DNA from: Oikopleura dioica
Lineage: Eukaryota; Animalia; Chordata
Assembly (NCBI GenBank): GCA_907165135.1
Contig: OU015568.1
Location: forward strand, 8,990,001-9,054,000
Length of the DNA stretch: 64,000 nucleotides
Direction: 5' to 3'
Positions 25,395 through 37,225 of the stretch are shown here, in pieces; position 1 is the stretch's first letter, and each line of letters starts with the position of its first letter. The position numbers were made by a program, and so were the translations under genes. Below the pieces are notes generated by a model. It ran no database searches and was not told where the DNA came from. It saw only the letters and a list, made by a program, of their open reading frames with translations.

Positions 25395-26650
25395 ATGACC
25401 GACGCAGGTTACTATCGCGGTACAACCGCTGACCAGGATACGCGATTTGGCGATAAGACCAAAAAGCTAATGAAGACTTTGAAATTTTCTGAAGCATTGG
25501 CGGAACCTGTTGATATGCGGAAAGTGAAGCTGGATGCGTTGAAACCGTGGGTGCACGAAAAATTGACGGAAATTCTCGGCTTCGAAGACGATGTCGTCAT
25601 CGATTATGCTAAGGTTCAAACTTAATTTTCAAAGGCAAATGTAGCAAGTTATTTTGAGTAAAATTTGCACCTAAAATGTAGCTATCAATCAGCTCGAAGA
25701 AACAAACACTCCAGACCCAAAAGTCGTGCAAATCAACCTTACTGGCTTCCTCAACGCCAAGGTAATTCCCCTCCTCCCTCTCGCCAGAATAAAACAACGA
25801 AAATTCGCAATTTGAAATTAAAATTTTAACCTCAGTTATTAACATTTTTTCTTCAGTTTGAAACTGTTCCCAACTGGACCCAGTTGCACTCTCTTTCCAT
25901 ATCGTACTATTCGTTACAGTAAACAGTAATTACTTCTGAAAATGAAATTACTGAGGTTTGTTCGCTTCCCGACAAGAAGCAACACCGCCCGTTTGAGTTC
26001 ATTACTAAACCCTTTTCTTCACTAGAACGCAAGGCTGTTCATGGGCGAGCTCTGGCCAATGTTGGTTTCTGCGCAATCCAATCCTAATGGCATTCCTCAG
26101 GTAAAAAGTTCCAGTAGAGGTCGAAGAGATGAGTGTTTCAGGAATTAATCGACGCGAAAAAACTGGAGCTAGAATCGCACAAAGCTGATAAAGAAACAAT
26201 GAAGAAGTTCCAAAAGAATATTGATCAAATTCAACAACAGATCAAAAAAGGTAACGACGACACTTTTCGCCACTGAAGCATTATCTTTATAAGATATGGA
26301 CGAAAAGAACGAGCGTTTGGAGCGAAGAATTCAAAAAGAATCGCGACGAGAAGACCGAGATAGGAGTAGACGAGATGACAAAGATCGAAAACGATCCCGA
26401 CGATCTCGATCTTCTAGCAGGTATTTTCTCTCTACAACTTTTTTTCCTACAGTTGATTTCTTTCAGAGACAGACGATCAAATCGTAAAGATGAGAAAAGA
26501 CGAGAACGAAGCCGATCCCGCGATCGCAAGTCTTCAAGAAGCGAGAAAAAACGTAGCCGATCGCGGGAGCGCCGCCGGGAACGATCGAAATCTCCCGAAC
26601 GGCGCCGGGAAAAGCGACGCTCGCGAAGCAGAAGCCCACGAAGAGACTAG
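25395..26650 (+). CDS. SRRM1: PWI-domain, RS-rich splicing factor (short SRRM1/SRm160-like)
   Basis: MTDAGYYRGTTADQDTRFGDK...LKPWV...LGFEDDVV...QINLTGFLNAK...ARLFMGELW followed by an RS tail ending RSRSPRRD*. Confidence 0.85.
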
Positions 26651-26863
26651 AGATGACAGAGAGTGTTTTGTTTACGGCCGATAATGACAACAAATCTTAT
26701 TCACTTCTTTCATGTTTCTTTTACCGGTAGACGAAAATGAATTTTCAGTTTCGGCATGTCTGACTGTCAACAGTTATCTGCTCCATCTTTTAGGCCATGT
26801 TTAACTGCCAATTAAACTTTTAAAGTGTATCAAAAAGGCTAACGCTTGTGTGACTTCAGCAAC

Positions 26864-28947
26864 ATGGACGAGATCGTTGCAGAGTTGCTCAAATTACCAG
26901 ATGTCGAGATTCGGAAAAGAGGCCAGGAGGTTGGAGTTAAAGGTTTGCTCTGAAATTCGTTGAATATTGGGCGAAATAGACTTTTTAGTTGGAGTTCTCA
27001 GTGCGATGACAAAGAAGATCGTCGTCAAAAAGATCGCCAAAGTAATCTTCGAAAGCAAGACGTCTTCATGCTCATCAGAGTCTTGTGATAACAAAGAGAA
27101 CACTCCTGCGCCATCTAACAGCGAGGCAAAGGAGGAGCCGCCAAAAACTCCACCTCGAAATCCGTCAGACGGAAAATTCTATGCGATGCGTTTTGAAAAC
27201 AGTGAAAATCTGATTTTCGACAACATGAAAGATTTCAACGAGCACAAGAAAAAGATGAAATCGAGTGCTCCGCGATTCGCTATCTTTGATGAGCGCGAAA
27301 AAGCGGAACTCTGGCTGAAAGGCGTTTTGAAGACGCCAGTTCGACCGAGAGCATCGCGCCCCGAGTTGGCCGTTTTTCGATCACAAGGGCCGAACGAAAG
27401 TCCGTTGCGAAAACCGAAAGAGATAGTGGCGAAAAACTTCGTTGGCGAGCTAAAGTCGCCGTTCAAAGCGCCAGAGCAGCCGCTTTTGAATAAGATCGTT
27501 GCGGAGATTCAAGCGAAGAAGGATTCTGCGTACAATTTTGTGATGGAGGAGGTGATGAAGAATCCTCGTTTATTGATATCGAAAGCGGATACACCAGTGC
27601 CGTACCGTCCTGGTAACTGGTCGAATTTAGGTGAGCCGATCTTTTGTCTGTTGTGGGTTAAAAATGAAATTTAGTTCATATTTGCTGCCAGTACGACGCT
27701 GGAAATATCCTCAACGCGATCTTTTCCCTCCTTGAAGACCACAACTACCTCACAAAACACTATCCTGATGTGCCAAAATCTCTTCTCTGCGAATACTCCC
27801 AGCGGATTGTGAATCTCTATCTTTTTCAAAAACTTTGCGGTCCTAGACAAACCATCACCAGAGGCGACACTCCTCTTCATATCGCCGTCCGAAACAAGTA
27901 AACTGACTCGTTGAGAAATATGTTCATTTTTATTTAGGAGTTTAAAAGCTATTCGCTTTTTCAAAAAGAGAAAGGAATGGGAAACTTTGCGAAGTATGAA
28001 GAACAATGAGAATCAAACGGCCGAGGAAATCGTGGCAAAGGATGAGGAGAGGGCTCCATTGAGCAAAGACGTTGAAGATCTTTTATTTGAGAAGCCCGTT
28101 TGTCTTGCGATCATACAAACGGATGATTCTGCGCCGAGAATTATGACCACGTAACGCCAATCATTTTCTTCCTTGATTTCAATTGTGTTTTTAGCTCTTC
28201 GCTGACGAAAGAGGAACTGATGAACAGTCCAAATGTTCGAGCAGTAGCTGGTCCAATCTCCTCTGCGAAAGCTTCTTCCATCGTGCAATCAGCTACGCCC
28301 AAAAGAAGGATGAACATGCGCTTCGTCCAGAGCGAGAAACAGCGGCGAATCAGAGTCACAGATTATGAAAAAGGTCTTGAAAAGATAACAAGGCCGATGT
28401 GCGTGAAACAAGGAACCGCGTTGCTCGAAAAATGGCCGTTTCTTGACGAGTTCGTCGACATTACATCACCAGAAGGATTGGAGAAAATGAACGAGTACCT
28501 GAAAAGCGGCTCAGCTTCGGGGGGCTCTCAAGCTGATCTGGATTCAACGATTGATATGCTGTGCTCTAATTTCACGGACATGCAGCTTGGAGATGATGAG
28601 AACCTCTTCTTGATGGCAGACAAACCATCGAAAACTGACAGAGATGTTTTTGAAGCACTAAAACAAATTTCAATTAGCAAAGATGTTGTCCGAGCGAAAC
28701 TGAAAGCATATTCTTCTGTCATGTCTTGGTACAATGTAAGACCTTCTCCTTAATTTTTCACCTCATATTTTGTTTTTAGAGAATAGAAGCCTATCCAAAC
28801 GAAGTTCGCGAAAAATGGAAGATGATTTCAAAAACTCGTTCTCAAACTCGATCCAATGGCAACACTCCTATCGCATTTCGCCAGTCCACAGCGGCATCAG
28901 AACTGCCTATCACCGATAATGTTCGAAAGAAGCTCTTCTTCGACTAG
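26864..28947 (+). CDS. ANKLE2: ANKLE2/LEM4-like protein (LEM domain plus ankyrin repeat)
   Basis: N-terminal LEM-like helix pair (LLKLPDVEIRKRG..VGV..TKKIVVKKIAK), FKAP and NPRLLIS..DTP motifs, ankyrin GDTPLHIAV, LEKWPFLDEFVDITS.EGL, PSKTDRDVFEAL. Confidence 0.8.
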
Positions 28948-29102
28948 TTTTTCTTACTGTATATTTTCTTTCATCTCACTATTTATGCTTCCAACATTCC
29001 ATTGATCCTCCAACTCTCACTGACACTGAAAATAAAACACACCACTCAAAGTATAATTTTTATGATATTGAAAGCTTTGTTGGCTTAGAACGAGAAAAAA
29101 GA

Positions 29103-29640
29103 ATGTCTGGAGTGTTGTACGAGGAGATTTTTAACATCAAAGATATCGACCCTGAAGGAAAGCAATTTGAGAGAGTGAAGCGGATTCACGCAGAATGCGA
29201 ATCGAGCAAGATGGAGCTCATTCTTGATGTTAACTCGTTGCTCTACTCTCCTCAGCCTGGTGATAAGGTGCGTCTGATAACTTGGAGTAGTGTTTTGAGT
29301 GACATGTTTTTGTAGTTCCGATTGATGTTGGCGACAACTTTGAACGACGATGGAGAGCCTGATGCTGGTGAATACGATCCACGATGGGAAGAAAAGTCCA
29401 CCAGAACCGCTGCTTTTGACTACATCATGCACGGACTGGTCTACCGGATTTCGGGCGACGAGGCGGACACTGTTACAAGACTGTAAGCCCACTACATCTT
29501 TTCGGTGTAAACCTTTTTATAGAGAGGTGTACATTTCATATGGAGGCCTGCTCATGCGATTGAACGGCGAAGCAAACTCGCTTTCTGAGATCAAAATCGA
29601 CGAAAAGGTCTACCTGCTTCTTAGAAAATTGTCCTACTGA
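29103..29640 (+). CDS. POLR2H: RNA polymerase I/II/III shared subunit RPB8
   Basis: [25 protein letters not shown]...LILDVNS...FDYIMHG.VY...[11 protein letters not shown]. Two canonical introns. Confidence 0.95.
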
Positions 29641-29752
29641 TGCACTGGAAGACTCAGCACCAAGTAGACTACTGTTCACCCTCTACTGCCCTGAACAAAA
29701 CAGTGAATAGAAAATAAAAACTTCGGCAACTGTAATTATATTTGAAAAATTC

Positions 29753-30049
29753 TCAAACAGAAGGAACAACAACAACTGTTTTCTTTCTGCTCCGGCAGTT
29801 GAATAACATCAGTATAACAAAGAATACAAGTATGGCAGAAAAAGCATAAGCAGCGTATAGAAAAATGATTTGTAGAAGATCCACTCTGATTTCCGTCATT
29901 TCTCGGTTTTCCTTCACAGACGCAGCGAAATCGGCATGAGCGAAAGCGAGATGTTCTTCTGACTCAACTAAATTCTCATGTTCGCCAAGTCGAAACTCTT
30001 TGCTAGACTCACTCAAGCTTCTCTCGATTTCTTCAAGAATATTTGGCAT
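29753..30049 (-). CDS. Small single-pass membrane protein, unknown family
   Basis: 98-aa ORF with a hydrophobic stretch IIFLYAAYAFSAILVFFVILMLF followed by basic residues. Confidence 0.35.
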   Translation of the reverse strand: MPNILEEIERSLSESSKEFRLGEHENLVESEEHLAFAHADFAASVKENREMTEIRVDLLQIIFLYAAYAFSAILVFFVILMLFNCRSRKKTVVVVPSV

Positions 30050-31548
30050 TTAGCAAAAAAATCAATAGATTTCTTTTCGGAGGAAAACAAGGGTTGAGGA
30101 TGACTTCCGATTTGAAAGTTGTTAAGTACCTCAAAGGTTTGATTATTCGCGCTGCAGTTGTTTTGGCATATTCACCAGAAGGTAGAATAAGATTTCATTT
30201 ACGTCAAAGATTCGCATAATTTATAGCTCCAGAGTGTTCTAATCCCGAGGGATCAAATTGAAAATTTCAAGGTTATTTGACTTTCTATTTTTAGGGAGGC
30301 GGAAAATTTTGCGAATTCGGGCAGTCCTAATTCCCGTGTGCCCAAAAATAGGTGCCAGGCCAAACGATATGAAGTGATAAGCCTCTGTGATCGTGTTTTG
30401 CCGACAAGTGTCCGCTTGACTTTGCACAATTCTTCCAAGCTTCCCTCATCAATTTGATTAATCGATGGAAATCTCCATCAAAAGCTGTTGCAATAAAAGC
30501 ACATAAAAGCTGTATGAATAGCTCGGATCGTTATAGTGTTAAGGGGAGCTTCCTTTGTGGCGTGTCGAATGCGAGCCTTTGGCGAAAAATGCGGTTGGAA
30601 AAGAACTCTTTTGGCAGAAGCGGCGCATCATTTGCTCTCGCCGCCGTGAACTTTTCACTTTATGGCCGCTCAATACCATTTCTGCAATAGAATTTTGAAA
30701 GCAGTTGCCAAAAAACATTGAGAATTTTGATTATTGAGACATTTCGCTAAATTATTCTAAGACGCGGAGGAAATAAGAGAAGGGGCGGATCCGGTTTGAT
30801 CTGATCATAAAGGTAATTTATTAATAACAAGTCTCACAATTTTTTTATCGAGAAAAAGGAAGTTACAGTCCCCGACAATAAGTTATTGATAAGAAGTTCA
30901 ATAAGAATTACAAACAAGTTTTCGAGGATAACGATATTTACACTGGTGCCAGAAAGTGTGTCCCTCCTTGAGAAATATTAAACTGTCAGAGAAGAAGGGA
31001 ACAGTATTTAATCCGTAAACAAGGTCCTGTCAACGAGGCTTATCAACTCGCCCGATACTTTCATTCTCGACTTCCGCCATTTGAGCACCTTCAGATTATC
31101 TTTTTTACCGAAAGTACCCTTAGCTTCAAACAAAAATCGAGAGACTAAAATAGAGAAAAAACTATTCTTCTCGTATGAAAAGAGCGAAAAAACTCAAGAG
31201 TAACAAGTAAGAAAACCGGTCAATTTAGAACATCCTCTGATATGCATGTTTCCAAGAAAAGCGGGCGGAAGGTGTAAACTTAAACGTTAGGTGTTGACCC
31301 CTTTGAAATTGGCAATTGTGGCAGCTGCGGGCATGTGACGGGTGTCAGGCTTAGCGCCTGGGGCGCGAGTCCAAGGGCACCGCGCTTTAGCACTGTATAA
31401 AGTCTCCCCCGCGATTTGCTTCTCACAAATCACAAAACCTAAAATCTCCAAAACAACCTTTCTAGTGAGACAAAAACGCAAAAAGAGACGCATAAAAATT
31501 TTGGAAGAACCTTCAATTTACGAAAAGCAAAGTAAGAAAAGCCCGGAA

Positions 31549-32992
31549 ATGTCGCTCGGCCCTCAACAAAAGGACACTACCATGACGAAGATCTTCGTCG
31601 GTGGACTTCCTTATCACACGACTGACGACTCCCTTCGACAGTTTTTCGAAGTTTATGGAGACATAGAAGAGGCGGTTGTGATTACAGATCGACAGACTGG
31701 AAAGAGCCGAGGATATGGATTCGTAAGAAACTCTTGAGTATTCTCTGGATAAAGCTTATTTCATACTAGGTTACGATGGTTAAAAAAGAAGACGCCCAGA
31801 AAGCGATTCAAGAACCCAACCCAATTATCGATGGTCGCAAGGCGAATGTGAACCTTGCTTACATTGGCGCTAAGCCCAGGCTCATGCAAAGTAAGTCATT
31901 CAAATGAAAGTTCTTCCTTCAGTAACCCCCTTTCTCTAGTACCACTTGGCGGCCTTGGAGGATTGTATCAATCAGCAGCGATGACTCCACAGAGCCAAAT
32001 GATGGCTCAACGCGGCATGTACACGACTATGCAGCAACAACAAGCTGCTTTGCTTCAAAATGCTGGGTAATTTTCATCAAATTTAGAATTTTAAAATGAA
32101 CACTCCGGACTCAAATCACCTTTTTAGCTAATTATTATTGACTGAAAATGTCGGCGTTTTCAGTCTCTTCAGACAGGTTCGCTCAAATTGTTGGTGTCAG
32201 ATTTTCGTTTATTTCATTATTGAGTGTATTTGTTGTTATAAAAAATACCGTTTTCAATTTATTTTATAATCGTTGATTTCAAAAAATCATTATTTCAAAT
32301 TTTATCTTTTGTGCACTTCCGTTTTTGCGTTGTTGATGTTGGAGCAACAGTTGAAAAAAAAGGATTTCGTGGGAAAAATCACAAGAATTTATCGGGTTTG
32401 AGAGGTTTTTAAAACGCAAACCGTCACAACTACAAGTTACAACTGATTGTTTTGGCGTTTATTTATGTAGCCTTAGGATAGGTAGTTTAATTAATCAGTG
32501 ACCATGTGTTTTGCTGAATATTTAATCGTTTCGTTTAGATTTCAAATGGCTTATGGTTACCAGCCAATGATGAACCAAACTGCTCTTCTTCAGCTTCAGC
32601 AGCAACAAGGTAAGACATCAACCCTTATTTTCAATTCTAAACACGCTTTATAGAGCTTTTGGCAGCCCAGCTGGCGATGGACCCATCCGGCTTGATGGGC
32701 TACATGGACCCGACTCAAGCTTATCAGCAAGCGGCCCTTTTGCAGGTGAGTTTTTTGCTATAAAAAGTACGCAAAAAGCTAGCTCGCAGCTTCTTTTTGC
32801 CTACAATTTGCAAAAACGGACTAATTCAAGTTTTAGCAAGCCCAGTTCGCGGGCGGGAGTCACCTGTCCGGCTCCATCGGCGGGCTCCATCAGTCTGCCG
32901 CAGTCGGTAGTCAGCAGTCAGCCGCTCAAGCGAGCAGCCAAACAAGCGCGTCCGACCAGTCCAACGTCCTCAACCGGGGAGGATCATTCTAA
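31549..32992 (+). CDS. RBM24: RBM24/RBM38 (SEB4/SUP-12) family RRM protein
   Basis: [19 protein letters not shown]...[19 protein letters not shown]...[21 protein letters not shown], then Q/A-rich exons ending NRGGSF*. RBM24 and RBM38 cannot be told apart here. Confidence 0.88.
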
Positions 32993-33191
32993 TCCGGCGT
33001 CGAAGCGGCAACGCACCTCCATCACCATCAATTCTCAGACAAACGAAAACACAGGAAACTGATCTCTTCATCCTTACTACGCGAAAACAAAACACTTTAC
33101 CCAAAACTCCAACTCTTTATCTATTTGTACAAAATACGCGACAAAAAATAAAAATGCAAAAAATCAACTTTATTTTCAATCTCTTCAGTCT

Positions 33192-34060
33192 CTAATGATA
33201 AGTTTCAAAGCTTTCGAAATCGGTTGGGCAGAGTGTGTTCTCCTCAATATGCGGAATCTTACCCACTTTTCTCGGAGTCGCATAAAGATCGGAATCTGAC
33301 TCGGACGTGGTAGTCGTTGTCATTTTTTCATAAATGTCGGAAATGGGTGCAAGATCTTCATCGAGAGAAATCGGTGCTTTCTGCGGACTCTCTATAATCA
33401 TTTTTTAAAAATAGCTCTAATAGCTCTGCAGGGCAGTTTTTCCTACCTTTGATTACATAACTCAATTTAGGATAAACTTTTTGCGTTTCAAAAGTTATTT
33501 CTGGTGTCGTCGAGCCTGTTGCTGTTTCCTCCTTGAAAAGATTGTTACTTTAATTGAGATAGTGTCTCTCTTCTTACTGTTGGAGGAGGCTTGCTGGGAA
33601 ATGAGGGAAAGACAGTTTCGATGACTTCAACTGGCTCTTCGAGTTTGGCGAATTCAGGTTGAAAAAACCAGCCGCCACTCTTTTCCCTTTCTTCGTCGTA
33701 TTCCTTATGCGGGGCAACGGAATCAATGCGGATGCTAAAATTAAGGGTAGAAATCCAGTGTATCGTATAAATTTATTCGATTGTTACCATCTATCCTGTA
33801 CGCATACGAAGAGAACGATGACCAAGATCATAAAAATGGCGACTGCTAGCGCGATAAATCCAGACTTGGCTTCATTACTGAGAGTGCAGTAATAGTCTTC
33901 TGGGACCAATTTGATAAGGTCCGACTTTTAAATTTTCAAAATAAAGTGTATTTCTATGTGTATATTAGTTTATTTGAAATTTTCCTTTGCCGTGTAAATT
34001 GCCTGGCACTGTTGAATATTAGAGCAGGTACCATCGCAAAAGTCATTATCTAAAATTTAG
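33192..34060 (-). CDS. Putative single-pass membrane protein (5' end unresolved)
   Basis: Minus-strand exons DNDFCDGTCSNIQQCQ (GC donor), SDLIKLVPEDYYCTLSNEAK-SGFIALAVAIFMILVIVLFVCV, and a cytoplasmic-type tail with DLYATPRK. Confidence 0.4.
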
Positions 34061-34465
34061 ATTCTAAATACCCGATCAAATCGAAAAAAACTCTTAGCTT
34101 ACTGATATGAACAAAATAAGACGGTACTTGGCCCATTTTTTTCTCTTTTTCAACTCCCGCGTCACGAAATTCTTGCGGCTTACTCCCAAAAAGTCAGGGG
34201 ACGTTTTTACGATTTACTGATCAAGTGAATATTTCTTCCTACAATGGGCGCGAAAAAGAGTGCTTCATTGATCATTGTAAACAGTTTACTCTCATTCAGA
34301 ATCATTAGATGATCATATTGATTTCACGATTTTTAAACTGTATTGTAATTCAATGATATTTCAATAATGGTAGTCTCTCGCGTTTTTAAATTTGATCGGA
34401 TTGTATTATTTTTATATTTTCAGGAAGCAGAATAGTAACTCGGAATTTTGGCAGCTTTTAATTCT

Positions 34466-36263
34466 TTAAAAATACTTTTGCAGACGCTTGAATCGCGGAA
34501 AACAGTGATCCTTGTTTGCGCCCTTGTCAGTTGTAGCTTCTCGGTTGTCGATGTACTCAAGATAGTCACTCAAGTAAGAATCTAAATACCCAACGAATTT
34601 CTGATATCCTTCTTTTTCGTAAAGATTCTAAAAAAATTCTCGGTAATCTTATAAATAAAAAAGGTGGATTACATCTTTTTCTTCAGGATCCCTCTCCAAA
34701 TTGTGAAGACTTTTTAGACCGGGAACGTATTTAAACTGTTCTTTTCGAAGTGAAGCATTCAAGCCCCTGATATTCGCATGCGTCATTATCGGAACTTTCT
34801 TCAGTTGTTCTTTTGCCTCTCCGGTTTCTAAGTATCCAACGAGGCTTCTACTGTCTGGAGCTTCGTTGCAGTCTTTTTGGTAATTTAATAATGATCAAAA
34901 GCGACAGTTTTTTTGTTAAATTTTATCACCTTCCTAATTCATACTCGATCAACTCCGCGAGAGTAGCGTAAATGTCCACAGTAGAAACTGGTACTTTCGG
35001 ATCATGAAGAACTTTTGGCGAAAAGCGTCTTGGATAACGCCATAAAAATGGCGTTCTATGGCCTGCTTCTCCTTGGCTATTCTTCGTGCCCGCCAGTTCA
35101 ACTGTTCCGTTGGGAAGATCCAGCTGCCGCTGATTGTGGCCAAAGCTAGCGAGAATATCTTCCGCAGAGATGGCTGGTCCGTTGTCAGTCATAAACATGA
35201 CAAGCGTATCGTCAGCAATACCATTTTCTTCCAACCTATTGAGAATTTTTCCAACGATTTCGTCCGCTTCCCTGATCATTTCACCCAAGTTGCCAACTTC
35301 TGTTTGATTTCTGAATCGCAAAGGGGTGTTAAAGGGACCATGACCAGATCGCATTCCGTAGTAGACGAAAAACTCTTCGTCTTGATTATCATCAATAAAC
35401 TTCTCAAGCTTGGGAATGGTCATTTCTTCGGCATAACGAGTGTCATATGATTTCATAGCGACTTGTTGCCGAGGAAAGTTGCAAAAGTAAATTGGTAAGT
35501 CTTCGCTTTCAGAGTCAAATTTTTCATCTTGCCTAGCATCGCCCATGTAGCCAGTAGTGGGGAAAGTGGTGCAGCCTCCGGTCTCTGGGTTGTAGGGTTT
35601 CGGTGCATCTTCTGGCGTTGTCTCGGGGTATGCTTGTTGTTTGAACCAAGTGTCGACTGGCTCGATTCCTTTTCCGTTCTCGTAGAATCCTCCTGGCTCG
35701 CAGCAAATGAAGCTGTTCGTAAAGGAGTAATCGTAGCCGTGGTTGAGAGGACTTATTTTTTGCTCATAGATGCCGGGCTTATAGTTTGATGTGCGTAGAT
35801 TTCTGAAGCTCCTCCCGAGCCCTTTCATTTCTGCGTGGAATTCGGCGTCAAGAAGTCTTCTTGTTTGAGTTTCCTCGCGAGTTTCGTTTTGATTCACGAG
35901 CCAGTAGCTCAATGGCTGGAACTTGCCAAAGATTCCCGTCTTGTATCCTGATTTTTTGAACATCTCTGCCAACTGAGGCTCGCCAGGGAGAATTTTTCGG
36001 TACTCATTGTCTGCCATCGCGTATCTTCCGGTCATGAGCATGTACCTACTTGGTGAACAGCGACTTGAGCCATTGTGAGCATCGAGAAATTTGACCCCTT
36101 CGTTGCCAAGTCTGTCAATGTTTGGCGTTGGTACTTTCGCTTCTCTGTTGTATATTTGGAAGTCTCCGATTCCGAAGTCATCGCAGTTTAAAAGGATCAC
36201 ATTTGGTCTTCGGGCTTTATTCTCTGCTATAGAAAATGCAATCAAACTTGAAAAAAGCTTCAT
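34466..36263 (-). CDS. Secreted formylglycine-dependent sulfatase (arylsulfatase-like)
   Basis: Signal peptide, RPNVILLNCDDFGIGD, PTPNIDRL, catalytic CSPSR..LMTGRY, FMTDNG, K...GEAGHRTPFLWRYP, VSTVDIYATLAEL. Downstream exons CNEAPDSRSL and LHNLERDPEEK. Confidence 0.92.
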
Positions 36264-36559
36264 TTTAGGGCGTTTATTAATTAAAAATGAATCGGGAGCT
36301 CATCATTGAATTGAACATGGATCGCCTGAAGCCTTCTAGTGTTTATCTGAAAATAAACTTTCATTTCCACCTCCCATTAATATTACTTCGAAACAAATTA
36401 TGTTATACTAAAACTAATTATAATCAAAATATCGATGCCATTTCAACAGATTGAATGTAATCTCGTCCGATTCATGCTTCTATTTTAAACTGAGTTGAAG
36501 GGCAGATGGGCTTGAAATAATCCCAGGGTACGCGTCTTCTTCGTAGAAAGACGAACAAA

Positions 36560-37210
36560 TTGAAAGAGTGGATGAGTGAACAAGAGAAAAGATTGTCGAG
36601 ACCAAGCAAAAAAATGGAATATTTTTCTGATGGATCGGAGGAAATTGTAGCTGAAAAAATAAAAGACGAAACACTGCAAAAAGTTAAATGCTTGGAATGT
36701 CACTGTGTCGGCGCTGTGATGAAGACGGCTGAAGGGCTTGTACTTTCTCCAGATACAGTAAAAAAGACACTGCTAGAGCTCGATGGGGGAGTTTTTATCC
36801 CAAGTTTGAAAAAGCTTGAACCTTCTATGAAAAATGCTTTTCAACGAGCAAAGGACTTTAAAAAAGGCTTCAACGAATCGGCGAATAATAACCAAGATGA
36901 TGATATCGAGACTGGATTCATCAAAAAGACAGGCCGTAGAATCCAAAGTATCAAAGAGAAAATCAACAGGGGAATCGAAAATGCTAGAGACGCAAAGAAA
37001 ATGAATATTGGAAAAGTCATAGACAGAGAGAACAAAAAATCAGCAGCGCCTGAGAAATTCAAGGGCTTGTTTTCGGATGAGTATCAGGAAGAGAGGTTCT
37101 GGAAATCTTGGAAGCGCTTTGCTCGTCAGTAAGTACTGTCATCATAAAAGAAGCAAAATGTTTTCGATCTGACATGCTCCTTCTTTTTCAGTGGGAATGG
37201 TACGCATAGA
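36560..37210 (+). CDS. Uncharacterised charged/coiled protein
   Basis: 190-aa ORF, probably followed by a short terminal exon WEWYA*. No family recognised. Confidence 0.4.
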
Positions 37211-37225
37211 CAGTTTGCAACTTAC

